A DNA stretch of 64,000 nt from the human T2T-CHM13v2.0 reference genome, Homo sapiens. The position numbers and the translations under genes were made by a program. The stretch lies in NCBI RefSeq assembly GCF_009914755.1, contig NC_060932.1; one strand, given 5' to 3'. The notes under the pieces were generated by a model, which was not told where the DNA came from, made no database searches, and was given only the letters and a program-made list of their open reading frames with translations. This document shows, in pieces, positions 46,060 to 58,218 of this stretch (position 1 is the stretch's first letter; each line of letters begins with the position of its first letter).

Positions 46060-46210
46060 TACCACCTGCTTAGGCAGTCACTGAATCTCTCTAAGCCTCG
46101 CCTTCCTCATCTGCAAGATGGGAACAGTAGACCCTTCTTGCAAGAGCCATCGGGTGGCCTTGCCAGGATTAACCGAGGCTGGGGTGCCCAGCACACGGGA
46201 ACGAGTGCTA
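46060..46210 (+). mobile_element. MIR SINE fragment
   Basis: GTCACTGAATCTCTCTAAGCCTC...TTCCTCATCTGCAAGATGGGAA...AGGATTAA. Confidence 0.65.
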
Positions 46211-49200
46211 TTTCTCACTCTCCTCCCACTTGCAGAGTTCAATTAAAAAAGAAAATCCCTGACACTCCGGGTGGCTTTCACGTGGGAGATTGCAGAGTGC
46301 AGATGTGTGGAGAGGTAATTTTCCCCTCTCCTTTCTCCTCGCCGGGTTATTATCTGAGCTGGAGAATCTAGACTTGAAGTGGAGTATGGAGAACTTGAGA
46401 GAGGCTGGAGGGGTCTCTCCAGAATGAGCCCCAAATTGGAAAACTTCTCATGAGGACGGGCTGAATAAAGTGCAGTGTTTTGGTGCAAGGATGAGAGCAA
46501 TGAAGGGGGACCCAGCCACGGGCTGGAGGCTCTGGGAGAGCCCCAGAGAGCCTGCAGAGGAGGCTGGGCATGGCTGTCCCCTTCTCCAGGGGCCAGGGGC
46601 CAGAAAGCAGGTGGGGCCGGCTGGCGGAGAAGCAGGGGGACAGGGAGAGACTGTGTGGGAAGGGCAAGAAGGAGCAGCGTGCTCTGTGGGGCGCCGGTGT
46701 GGGCATCAAAGAGAGTGGCCGTGGGCACCACACTGCGGGGCCTCCACTGTCGCCTGGTGGTGCCACATCCTCACTCCAACCAGATCTTCCTCCTGGGGGG
46801 TGCACTAGACACAGAGTGGCTCCCCGGCCCCCTTGGGCTAGTGGGGAGCAGGGCTGGGCAGGTGGACACAGTACGGTGGAGTGATAAATGCCGTGATGGG
46901 GAAGGCAGGACCCCACAGGTCATGTCACAGGGACTTGGACTCAGAACATGCAGACCCCCTGCAGGTGGGCTCCCTGGAGCTGGAGAGTCGCCATCATCCT
47001 CACTGCCTTCTTCTTCCTCCTCCTCCTTCTCCTCCCCATCCTCTCCCTCCCACTCCTCCCCCACTCTACCTACATAGCAGCTGCATCGGCACCTACCAGG
47101 TAGATTTGAGAAGAAATTCTTGCTGGGATGGGCGATGGGGCCAGGACCCACCAGAGCTGCTGGAAGCCCATCTGACTGGCAGCCCCCCAGCGGCAGTCCC
47201 AGGCAGGAGACTGTGCCACTTGCTCATCGTGGCTACCTGCTCTGGTGTCACTGCTTCTGGAGCTGGAAGATGTCTGCATTTCCATAGGTGATTAATAAAA
47301 AAAAGGCTACAAGATGAGAAAATCGCCCTGGCCACAGGCCTCAGACTTATCTAGCGGAAATCAGATGGCCCTCCCATTTTCCCTGGAGCACCTCTGGTCT
47401 CCAGAGACTAAGTCCCAGTGACGGTGACACTCTCTGGCCCCCGTGTGCATGGCCGGGGCGGCTGAACTAATGCAGACTGAGCATTGTCTAAGGGGCCTGG
47501 TCTGGGTGAGCCGAGTGCCCAGAGCACAGAGCCTGACATAGGGCCGCTGCGTGCTGTGGCCTCAGAGGGAGGTGCAGTCCCATGGCACCGGAAGGGAGGG
47601 TTAGGGGAAGCGAGGCCAGGGAGTAGGGGAGAGACACAGAGGGGCATTCCTGAGCTGGCGGCAGCTGCACGGGAAGGTATAGCTGTGTCTCCATCATGTA
47701 GAGCATGTCCTGAGCACCCCCCAAGTGAGAATGTGGTGCTGGGGAGGAAGACATGGAGGGCGCCTGCCAGCACCTGCCCCCACTGGTACCGAGGCTCCCC
47801 CATCTCTTACCCGCCCCTCTGGGGAGATTCCAGCCTCACAGCAGTGCCCCCGTGGAGTCTGGAGGCAGGGTAGGAGTGGGCCCTGGAGAGTCTGCAGCTG
47901 TGGCTGTGACAGGCCTGGCCCTAGCCCTGGGGCAGACAGGGATAGTTGGGTATTAGGAGGTGGGTCCCTGGGGGCAACAGCCAGGACTCCCCGCTGGGCA
48001 AGGCAGGAAGCACAGGGGCAGGTGGGCTGTGACTCAGGAGGGCTCCGTGATCACATCTGTGGGAGCACCGGGGGCTGGCACTGGGAGAGACGCTCAGTCC
48101 AGCTGGAGGGGGAGCAAGGGGGCTTCCTGGAGGTGGGGGTGCCAGAGCTACACCTGCAGGAAGAAGAGGATTCAGGTGGGAGAAGAAGGTGAAGGACTCT
48201 AGGTTGATTTGGACTTTTTTCCTTGACAGTAATGACCTGCTTCCTAATTAGGGAGAGAAATGGGGTGGGGAGAGGCTGTGGATGGAGGCGGATAAAGCCC
48301 CAGCTTCTTCCGCAGAGAGAGTGCTCCTCACCGCAGGGCAAGAAGGGGGCCGCAGGACCAGGCTTTCCTGTTCGGAGGCGCCATTTCCAGCCCTGGAACC
48401 ACCCACTTCTCAGGCTTCTCTGGGCCACGTACACCAGGCAGACAGCGCAGCCTGGGCCACACCTCAGAGGACCTGCGAGGCCCAGGGACCGCAGGGGACC
48501 GTCAGTGGGTGAACTCTGGAGTTCAGGGTCCTGGGAGGGGTGCAGGGTGGAGGGTCCCCTGCTGGCCTCTGTTCTACAGGTGAAAAAAAGGGATGACTGG
48601 GGCCTGCCCCTCGCCACTCCACCTCTCTCCGAAACTCACATGCAGTCACACTGCCCTGAGACACCTGTCCCTTTCAGAGCTGTCCTGGCTCATGGAGGGG
48701 CCACTTGATTTCTCAGCAGTCATGAGTTACCCCAAGTACATAACCTTGCTTTTATCTCCTCAGACAAAGGTGCCTCCATGGCTGCACTGACAGTCTCCAG
48801 CACAAGAGAGGAGAAACAGCATCGGAGGAGACAACAGTCTCCCTGCGTATGCAAGACACGGTGCGGAAGTCATCTCCCCAGCATCTCAGCCCCTGCCCAC
48901 TGCTGCTTGGGACAAGGTCAGACTGCCCCAGGCAGAGAAACAGGGGACTCCACACAGGGCTGGCCAGATGGACGCAGGCCGTGTTCGGCAGGACACCACG
49001 TGGCGGGGTTGGGTGCTTGCTGCGGACACATGGGCTGGCAGCCTCTCCGTTGTGATGTTGCTGACAGCTGTTGATGGTCAATACCCCGTCCGTTAGCTCA
49101 CTGGAGGCCGCAGAAAGACGATGTCATTTTACTTTTCTCCACAAATAAGGATTTCCCTGCCAGGAAGAAATGAGGGCTCACATCACCCTCCTTGTGGTCG

Positions 49201-49419
49201 GGCTCCTCAGGGATGCCCAGTGCCAACACTCTGTGCGGTCCTTCTGGATCTTTCTCTGAGTGTGATGCCTCCTAGACAGCTCTCTCTGTTCCTTTCTTTA
49301 CAAAACAAATTGGATGGCATTCAATGCATTGATCTGTGGCATGCTACATTCACTCCAGGTTATAAATTATGAACATTTTCCATGTCACTGCATAGAGAGC
49401 TGCTCAGCTTTTATCCATA

Positions 49420-50930
49420 AACATTTCAGAGTGCATCTCTGAAAGATGAGGGCTCATAAAAATATGCAACTGCTACACCCGTCTCCCACCTAAAGGGAAG
49501 AACGGTATTTTTTTTATAATGTCCTCTGCCAGCCAGGCTTCCAATTTCTCTGATTATATCATGAATACTTTTTAAACAGGATTTTTAAAAAATTATTTTC
49601 GAAATGAGGCCTGCAGACATCCACAAGAGGCCCCTCAGATCTCCTAGTTCACAGGCATCCCCTCCATCCCTCCCTGCGTGCTCTTTTCTCTTTGCAGGTA
49701 AGCTGTGGGGGAGGCAGCCCGTGTCCTGGGAGCTTCCAGCTGGGACCCTGATGACACATCCCTGTGCAGTCCCAGTCCTTGGTGGTGAGTTCTGAGCCAC
49801 AGCAGCGTTGGGCGCTGGTGTTCCTTGGTGAGGAGGTGCAGGGTAGCTGCCTGTCCCTCTCCTCCGTGACATTATCCGCCATTGCCTGCCACATCCCCCA
49901 GTTATCAGGGAATCGCAGGATGATGATGAGAGTTTGTCAGCCTTCTGCGCTCGTTGGCTGGAATGCTTTCCTATGAAGGAGCGTTCCCTCGTCAGCTGTT
50001 GGCGATGTGGATGTGTGGTTGTGTAGGACGGACCGTCCGGAGACACGCTGGATTCTCTGCCTTTATTCGCTAGCTTCCAAAACAATAAGCTGGTGGTCTT
50101 GCCTCCTCCAACGCTTGCCCATGAGGGTTTTCATCATTCTGAATGTGTGAAGTTGCACGTATTTGATAGGTTTCAACCCACTGGGGTTAGGATCTGTGTT
50201 GATATGTAATTCCTCCCGTCTTCGGCTTGTGGAAAGCTCTTCGACTCGATTCCCGATGGTTTTGACATGATTCCAGAAAGCTTTGATGGCTTCCTTGCTT
50301 TGGGGATGACAAGAAGCTCCAGGCTCCTCTTGGACATTTCCTGGCCCAGCCAGGTAATCGGACATTTCTCCAAGGAGCCTGACATGGGGACGTGGTCTCA
50401 GTCCCTGGGCACCAGGAGCTGAGCTCTCACTGCTCCTGGGCTGGTTTGTTCCCAGGCAGGCTAGGAAAATTACTTTCTTAAAGATTAAAAAAAAAATCAC
50501 AAATTTATGCAGATACTACCCGATCCAACATAGGCTTGCAGGATCTTACGCAATTTCTTCACTTTATGCTTGTACCTCCTTTCTCTCATGCTGACAAACT
50601 GGTTTCCCCAGACTTGGAGAGGTCAATCGTGTTATTATTTTATCTTTGAGTAAATGCAGTCTTAGAATAGCCACCGATATTATTAGTCACAATATAATTC
50701 CTGGGAATTAAATTCTCTATTTTTATTTTTGCTTTTGCATTTCTTTCCATCCTTAGGGTCTAACCCGCAGGAATATCCTGTAAAATTGCTGTGTTTGAAG
50801 CTTACATCAAATGATTCCCTCCGTGTGGTCATGCTACCCACTCCATATATGGTTCTATTTTGCTTTTAATTTTTAGGGATTATTTTTTCAAAAATGTAAT
50901 TTTGTTGTGTAATTACACGAATGTTGGCTG
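49420..50930 (-). mobile_element. Old L1 3' region (L1MC4/L1MC5-like), highly diverged
   Basis: TTTTGACATGA...CTTCCTTGCTTT...ACAAGA..TCCAGGCTC.TCTTG...CATTTCTCCAAGGAGCC resembles the L1MC 3' end; AT-richer than surroundings. Boundaries approximate. Confidence 0.6.
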
Positions 50931-50991
50931 GGGAGATTCAGAGAATCCTGGCTCTGGTCCCGATTCCCTCCGTCCTGTCCCGTCCCTCTCC

Positions 50992-51022
50992 TTTTTTTTT
51001 TTTATTATTATACTTTAAGTTT
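50992..51022 (-). mobile_element. Extremely 5'-truncated L1PA 3' end plus poly(A)
   Basis: T12-ATTATTATACTTTAAGTTT is the reverse complement of the primate L1PA 3' terminus; near-TSD CCTCTCCTT/CCTCTTCTT. Confidence 0.7.
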
Positions 51023-51161
51023 CCTCTTCTTACATGTTTTCTCCTTCAGTGTTTGCTCAGGCCCTCCATTGTGTTTTAAATATATGCAAATGACTGTCCT
51101 TTCCCTGGCCCTCCTATTTGTGGGCACCCTGGCTCAGCTCCTGCACACTTGCCCCTCCCTG

Positions 51162-51216
51162 TTTTTCTTTCTTTCTTTCTTTCTTTCTTTTTTCTTTCTT
51201 TCTCTTTCTTTCTTTC

Positions 51217-51280
<64 letters not shown>

Positions 51281-51340
51281 TTCTTTCTTTCTTTCTTTTC
51301 TTTCTTTCCCTCTCTCTCTTTTTTACTTTCTTTCTTTTCT
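51162..51340. repeat. (TTTC)n microsatellite from the Alu A-tail
   Basis: About 180 bp of TTTC-dominated pyrimidines directly abutting the Alu. Confidence 0.95.
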
Positions 51341-51625
51341 GAGACGGAGTCTCGCTCTGTTGCCCAGGCTGGAGTGCAGTGGTGTGATCTCGGCTCACTG
51401 CAAGCTCTGCTTCCCGGGTTGGGTTCACGCCATTCTCCTGCCTCAGCCTCCCAAGTAGCTGGCACTACAGGTGCCTACCACCACGCCTGGCTAAATTTTT
51501 TGTATTTTTAGTAGATGCGATTTCTCCTTGTTAGCCAGGATGGTCTCGATCTCCTGACATCGTGATCCGCCTGCCTTGTCCTCCCAAAGTGCTGGGATTA
51601 CAGGCGTAAGCCACTGCACCTGGCC
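51170..51625 (-). mobile_element. AluY-like element with expanded tail and TSD
   Basis: Y-type diagnostics GCAAGCTC, CACGCCATTC, GTTAGCCAGGATGGTCTCGATC; 18-bp TSD C[C/T]CCTCCCTGTTTTTCTT at 51152-51169 and 51626-51643. Confidence 0.93.
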
Positions 51626-52959
51626 CTCCTCCCTGTTTTTCTTACTAGCAGCATCCTAGAGATCACTCCCCATAGTCACCCCATCACCTTTTAATGACGC
51701 CAGGTCTTTAGCACAGGGAGGAAGTCCTGCAGGAAGGCTCCCTCCCTCCCCACTCCCTCCCTGCAGCCTACTGGCTGTGATAAAGGGGACCCTGGAGGGC
51801 CCAGGTGGCCCCCGCTGTCTTGGCCTCAGCTCAGCTCCTGCTGTTGCCTCCGGCTGGGGTCCCCTCGTCGTCCTCATTTGTGGGCCCTGGTGCGTCTGAC
51901 ACCCAGGGCTGACCTCTTTGGGTTACAATCTTTGCTCCCCTGTGTCCCCACTCCAGAGGGAACTCAAGGTGACCAGTGTATCTTGTGTCCCTGTCCCCCG
52001 GTCCCTCAGTGACCAAGGATGTCCCCAGGGCTGAGTTACACTGAGAGCCATGGCAGCCCAGGTAGCCTCTGAGATGGCCGCGGAGAAGGCTCTTGAAGCT
52101 GGGGCATCTAAAGGCCTGGGCCTCCCGTCCCTGGTGGCACGGAGACCTTGGCCCTGTCTGCTCAAACTGTAACTTCTGTGGCCCCAGGACAACTGCACCC
52201 AGTGGCTCTGGCTTCCCAGGCTGTGCTCCCTGAGTCCTCCGGCCACCTCCCGCCTCCGAGGCCTCAGACTCGCTCAGGTCGCCTCACTCAACCTCAGCAG
52301 ACATGGTAGGCAGCATCTGACCCTTTCCCAACTGCCTGTCTCACATTTGCAGAGCAGATGGACTCCCCATGCCACTGCCCCTGACCTCCCCAACCTATCC
52401 CACAGGCGTGTCCTAGGGTGAGCCAGGAGCTGTGCACTGCAGGAAACTGCCGAGAAGCAGGCACGGCAAGCACCTGCAGCGAACGCATGCCTGCTCTGCC
52501 ATGCCGCCTGCCCAGTCCCGGAGCCCAGCCTCCCCTCCCCGCTGTCCGAAGCCTTTTTGCCGTCTGATCCCTCACTCCAGGCCCCCCTGCCTCTCGGCAC
52601 CCCCTCCGCCCCAGCCACCCTTGCCTTCCTCCCCTCTGGATCCTAGCTCCCCGGAGACGGAGCTAACACCCACAGCCGCCTCCAGCCCTGGCCCCCGCCC
52701 AAGGCTCCTGGGGCTCATCTGGCCGCCTCTCCCCTCTGACAGAACAGGCCCTGGGAAGAACCCGGACCTCAACCCAAGCATCTGGGCCTCCTGAAGTTCA
52801 CTCTCGGTGATGTCTCTCCCTGCACCCTCCTCACTCCAGAAACTCCCTCTTGGTGATGGCTCTCCCTGTAACCCCCTCACTCCGGAAATGGGTGGATTTC
52901 TGACAGCTCTTCTCCCTCACCCCTGAGCCCAGCAACTACAACCCTGCACATCCCTCCAC

Positions 52960-53400
52960 TCCGTAATATGCCTGGAATCCATCCTCTTTCCCCCTCCATG
53001 CCACCCACCTCCCCACAGAATCCAGGCCATCTCTGATCCGAACCATTGCCGAAGCCTCCCCAGGGGCCTCTGGTGCCCTACTATCCATCCCACACCAGTG
53101 ACTGGGGGATCCAATCATGCCCCCTGACTGATGTCCCCCATGGCCTCCAGGGCACCTGAGATAAACCCCCAAAGGCCTCATGGGCCGGCAAGCCTGGGGG
53201 ATGTGGCCCTCAACTTACCCTCTCCTTTCACGCCCGCCTCGCCCTCCATGGCCCTCCCTCACTTCCCTTGGTTAACAGCTGCAGCCATGTGGGTTTCAAT
53301 TTTTCCTGCTGTCCACATTCTTCTCTGCACAGGAACTTGGCACATGCTTCCTGGTGCCCTGTGCTGGCAAGCTTCTTGGGGGCCCCTTGATCTTACTTTA
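52960..53400 (+). mobile_element. LINE L2 fragment
   Basis: GGAATCCATCCTCTTTCCCCCTCC...TCCAGGCCATCTCT...CCCATGGCCTCC...GATAAACCCCCAAA. Confidence 0.5.
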
Positions 53401-53485
53401 AATATCTTTCCCTGGTCCCCAGTTCAGCTCAGGACCAGTTCTTTTATTTTCTCCTGTGTCCTGTTCCCTTCTTCAGAGGGCTCTC

Positions 53486-53650
53486 ATAGCACAGTGGTTG
53501 GGAGCAAGACTGAGGCTCTGGTACCAGGTGCCTGGGTTCAAATCCTTGCTCCATGCCTCACCTGCTGTGTGACCCTGGGCATGTTACTTAACCTCTCTGT
53601 GCTCAGTTTCATCACACATAGAGTGAGAGCGGTGATAATAATAGCACCAA
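53486..53650 (+). mobile_element. MIR SINE (5' half)
   Basis: CATAGCACAGTGGTT...GCCTGGGTTCAAATCC...GCTGTGTGACCCTGGGCATGTTACTTAACCTCTCTGTG. Confidence 0.85.
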
Positions 53651-53661
53651 TAGTTATGAGG

Positions 53662-53928
53662 TGCCAACCTAAATAACACAGAGGGAGGCTCTCTCAAACA
53701 AGATGATGTTTATTTGGGAATAGGCATTATTGGGAATCCCCATGCCACAGAAAGCTATGTGTATCTTCAGGGAGGTAAAGGAAGACGAAAGTTTTTAAAG
53801 GAAAAATGAGGAGGATTATGTAATTGTTTTGGGACAATTATCCTTGGCTACCAAAATCAATAACAAGGGTGGCGTCAGTCTGAATTTGGACAGGAAGTTG
53901 CCGGGCAGATGTCCTTGCAGAAGTGTTT
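53662..53928 (-). mobile_element. ERV1-class LTR fragment (MER95-like; family tentative)
   Basis: TGCCAACCTAAATAAC...GAGGCTCTCT...TTTATTTGGGAATAG...GGGAGGTAAAGGAAGAC...AATTATCCTTGGCTAC; AATAAA on the minus strand near the left end. Confidence 0.6.
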
Positions 53929-54044
53929 GATGAGACCCTGAGATTGAACATCAGCAGGCGAGGGGGTCCCTCTTCCCTGCTCTGTTCTGGTCTCAGAGGC
54001 TTGCTGCGTCCACCGGGACAATGTGACTTCTGGCATGTGGGGTT

Positions 54045-54212
54045 CTACCCGTGCACCAGGCATGCTCTAGCTGCTTTGAGGGTCTTATCCCGCTGAGCCT
54101 CATGGCAACCCTGTGAGAGGGCCAAAGCACAGAGAGGGTAAGGAATCTGCCCAAGGTCACACAGCATATTAGTGGCAGAGTCAAAGTTTGAACCAGGATC
54201 CTGGGTCCAGCC
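54045..54212 (-). mobile_element. MIR SINE
   Basis: CAACCCTGTGAG...GCACAGAGAGGGTAAG...TGCCCAAGGTCACACAGC...AGTGGCAGAG...TTTGAACC. Confidence 0.8.
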
Positions 54213-56479
54213 ATGCTTCCTGTCTCTTTATTTTGCTCCCTTGGCTATGCTTCCTGTCTCTCTATTTTGCTCCCTTGAGCTCAGACATGCGTGACGTCTT
54301 GAATCCTGCCCTCCTGGCCTGCAGCCCATGCCCACCTGAGCCAGGAGAGCCATCTCTCCATAATAGAAACTTTATCCCAACTGTCAATGCTTCCTAGCCT
54401 GCCCTCTGACCTACTTTTCCAGACCCATCTACTGTTATCCTTTCCTCTCTCTCCCTAGAACGCAGCGTTAATCACTTGTCCTAAAAGACACCACCACCAT
54501 CTTATGTCTATGTAAGGGCGATGTCCTCCCAATCCTCACTGTGGCAACTCTTATACATCCTTCAAAACCCAGCTCGAAAATGCTTCCTCTTCAATCGCCC
54601 CCTGATGCTCACCTGCTTCAGCAAAGTTAGTCGTGCTGCCCAGAGCATAGCCTGTGCCTCAGCCTGCAGCCTGCACCTCTATGTAGCTGTGTGGCCACGG
54701 GCCAGGTGTGAGTCTTCCTGAGCCTCACTGTCCCTCATCTGGAAAACAGGGGTGATGGTAGTAACACCCGCCACATGGAGGGTGGCTGTGAGATGGTTCT
54801 GCAGCATCCGGAACAGGGCTTACTCCTAGGGCCTGGTTATGGTGACAATAGCAATCACCGTGAGTGGTCTCGGGGCCCTCAAGCTCCCCCAGGCAGCGGG
54901 CATCATGGGGACAGCAATGGCTTCTTCTTTGCTGCACCCAAGGAGTTGGTGACTTGGGGATCATCACAGGCTCCGCTTGCTTAGCTATTCTCCAGGCCAC
55001 CAACCCGAGGGGCTGGAAGTCCATGGCGGCTGGCGTGGTGCACCCGGGAAATCTGGAAGTCTCGAATGGTCTGTGGATAGCTGGCATGCTTTGTGCAACG
55101 TGGGAAGCCCAAAGGAGATTTTAAACATCTATGGGGGGCGAAGTTGCCCATGGGCCCCGGCCTCTCAGCTGGCGCGCTGCTGAGTCTCTGGGAGCCCCGC
55201 GGGACTCGCCCGCCTGCCACACCTGCAGCTGGGCTTGATGGTGTGTACAAACACCCCATTATGCCTGATTACCAGCCATTAGTGCAATTAGGGTAGCCCC
55301 TCCGCGTCCCGGGGCTCCAACCAGCTGTGCCGGGGACCTGGGGCAGAATAGCAAACAGCCTCCTCCAGAGCCTGCGCACTGGCTGGCGGGGCCAGGGAAC
55401 CGTGGGCTGAGGAGTCCCCCTGAGCCTGCTTGGAAGGCTGGGGCTCTGGAGCATGGGGGCCACCCAGTGGGCCGGCTCCTCCTCCTCCCCATTCTTTGCG
55501 CTGCTTTTGTGCTGCCTGATGCTGTCCTTTCCCTCCCAGATTGTCACCCTGAGCCCTCCTGATGTGTGGGGCAGGGAGTCTTTTCTGGGGCACCCCATGA
55601 CCTGTAGGGTGTCAGCTCCATCCGTGGCCTCCACCTGCTGGAGGCCAGCAGCATCCACCTCCCACAGTTGTGTCGACCACAGATGCTTCCAGACATGACC
55701 AGTGTCCCCTAGGGGCAGGATCAGCCCTGGCTGAGACCCACCGTCCTGGGTCTCAGCTGGTCTTTCTGGCCATCACTACCTCGTGCTCGGCTTCTGTATT
55801 TGTGTGTTGCTTTGCCAGCGCTGCGCTGGCTCCTCTGCCTGTTCCCATCCTCCCTCCCTCTCTTTCATCCCTCCAGAAGAAGCCTTTCAAGCCCAAACTC
55901 ACAGTCACCTCTGACCTGTCGCCCCCAGGGATGCCCGAGTCAGAGAGGCGCCACGTTGTTGCTCCCCTGACCACGCACACTAGCACGCAGCCCCAGCCTG
56001 CGGGACTTCAAAGGGCCATTTGAGGTATGCACTTGACCAGGGAGGAAGAAAAGAGGCCAGTGGCTGTTTGTTCTGGGACTTGGGATTGAGCTGTGGCTCT
56101 TCAGAGCTCGGCTGGTGGGCATCCTCTGTGCCCGGCCCTGCAGCCCTGGCCCTGGCCCCACCCCTGTGTGCTGATCACTTCCCACTCCCTGCTCATAGCG
56201 CCGCCAATGCGTCACTGTCCTGTGTTTTAACCGCTGTATTTCACCAATTCTAAGATAATCGCTTTCCCACATTTTAACTGGCAGGAAGTTGGGATGCATA
56301 GTATGGGAGTTGGGGTCTGACAGGTGCTGTCTTCTGGTGGGGGTCAGGACTCAGCTGCCGCGGCCTGTGTGTGTATGAACTTGAACTTATGAGGTATTGG
56401 TTGCAAACATGCACGTGAATCTTCACCCCATCTTCATGTATTTTGTGGCATATGATGCTGATGCTTCTCCCATAAAGAA

Positions 56480-56587
56480 GTGGCATCAGTTCCCAAGGTC
56501 TCCCTGAGACAGAAGGGTTTTAGGAGACAAGGGACTTTCAGAGATAACACTGGGAAAATTTGAGCAAATTGAGGCAAGCTCATCCTA
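56480..56587. mobile_element. MER94-like hAT-Blackjack MITE nested in MLT1
   Basis: GAAGGGTTTTAGGAGACAAGGGACTTTCAGAGATAACACTGGGAAAATT...GCAAA. Confidence 0.55.
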
Positions 56588-56653
56588 TTTGTCCTCCATT
56601 CCTTGAATTGGTGTTGGCCGTGTGACTGGGTTTTGCCCGTAGACCGTGGCTGA

Positions 56654-56815
56654 CCAGTTGTGTGCTGGTGAACTGGGTTCCCGCTCCTGAGAAGCCCAGC
56701 CCCTGACTTGTAGCGTATTTCTATGGTGCCAACACCCCCACTGCAGCTGCTTGCCAGCCACCAATGTGATGCCAGGGAACTCATGAGGTGCTGGGAGGTG
56801 AGGTGCACACCACTG
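56654..56815. mobile_element. MER63-like hAT-Blackjack element nested in MLT1
   Basis: Ends CCAGTTGTGTGCTGG...GCACACCACTG; internal CCCTGACTTGTAGCGT and CCACCAATGTGATG. Confidence 0.65.
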
Positions 56816-58061
56816 TCTGGCTGCACGCTACCTGTGGCAGGAGTGGCCTTTGTGGGTTGAGTTACATTGTGGGCTTCTGCTCCTGGGACCCTGCAACTAC
56901 CCTGTGGGCAACCGGGGGCCAGGGGCAGCTGCTGGAGGATGAGACCACGCGGGCCAGGCCACGCTGCCCCAGCCAGGACCCTGTGCACCGGCCCACAGCC
57001 AGCCTGCCCCCAGACACATGGGAGGCCAGAGCTGCCCACTCAATTCACAGCTGAACTCAGATGCAGGATGAGGCCTGCTGACAGCAGAACCACATGTGGA
57101 TCTGTACACTTCGGAACTTGTTGTTCAATTCTGTTGTTTTAAGCAACATGTTGCTTTAATTGTATTGTATGGTGCAATTCTTCATTTCAGGGTGGTTTGT
57201 TATGCCGCAGCAGCCGGCCGAGGCATCGCTGTTCATGCTGCCTTCCCTTCAGTTGAGTTCCACGTGCTGTTGACATTGCCCGGGTCGGGTCTGATTGCCG
57301 CTTTGAATTGCTTTAAAGGCGACACTCTGATTCTGCATAGAACGGGACTTACCACACAGAAGCAAGGACAGAGCAGCAGGGCTCCCTCTTATATCAGGGA
57401 AGCAAGTGTTCATCCTGGAGGAGATGACCATGGCTCCATATTTTTTTTTGTAAAGCATCAACCAGGCGCTTTATGTGCCTGGGGAGCTCTGTTTAGTACA
57501 AAGATGTACACAAAGGCTGCCTAGGGCAGGATGAGCAGAGCAGCTGGAGGCAGGAGAAATCGCCGAGCACTTCGGAAGAAATGGAAGCAATTATCCAGCC
57601 AGGAGAGGCTGCCGTGACCCTGAGTGCGCTGTGCAGGACTGTCGTAGGCCCCATGGTATCATGTCACTGGCAGTGTCTGAGTGTCACACAAAATCATGGC
57701 ATCTTAGAATCAACGGTATTTTCAATTTGACAGAATAGAGTATCAATGACGTATGTCCTGTACCTTTGCTATAGACCACCAGCCCCACATGGGCGAGGAC
57801 CTGGGTGAGGACCTTGGCACAGGGGGTAGAGCCGGAACGTGTGACCAAGCAGACACGAGGGATTCCAGCAGAGGGGATGTCAGATGAGGAGCCACCGCCT
57901 TGACCCTCGCTCCTCCCGCCCCTGGGGGAGCCAGGTCACACTGCTCATCTCTCTGTTCCCTTGTTTCTCAGTCGTCTCACCCTCAGAGCAGCCCTGAGAC
58001 AGGGCAGGGCGGTCACCAACACCACCTGTTTTGCAGCTGAGGAAACAGAGGACATGCAGCA

Positions 58062-58218
58062 GAGGGGCTGGCTTCTCGGGGGTGGCCTGGGCAGTCCCAG
58101 GGGCTACATGCAGAGGGACTGCATGCTCAGTTTAATCCTCTGCCGTTGCCTTGGTTTTGAACCAGGACCCCGTATTTTTATTTTGCACTGGTCCTTGCAA
58201 GTTGCATAACTGACCCTG
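58062..58218. mobile_element. MER91-like (hAT-Tip100) fossil
   Basis: GTTTAATCCTCTGC...TTTTGAACCAGGACCCCGTATTTTTATTTTGCACTGG...GACCCTG. Confidence 0.68.

Larger units (their letters stand above)
56390..57208 (+). mobile_element. MLT1-family LTR inserted in Kanga1
   Basis: GCTTCTCCCATAAAGAAGTGG...CCTTGAATTGG...GCTGGAGGATGAGA...TGTTGTTTTAAGC...GGGTGGTTTGTTATGC. Confidence 0.62.
56234..57718 (+). mobile_element. Kanga1-like (TcMar-Tc2) DNA transposon fossil, interrupted by nested insertions
   Basis: Terminal inverted cores ATTCTAAGAT (56247-56256) and ATCTTAGAAT (57701-57710); 57215-57650 resembles decayed Kanga1 transposase sequence (GAAGCAAGTGTTCATCCTGGAGG, GGCAGGAGAAATCGCC, GTGCAGGACTGTCGT). 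Confidence 0.7.

Noticed and set aside
51069-51511. Phe/Leu/Ser-rich and Lys/Glu/Arg-rich ORFs
   Set aside because: Translation of (TTTC)n plus Alu sequence.
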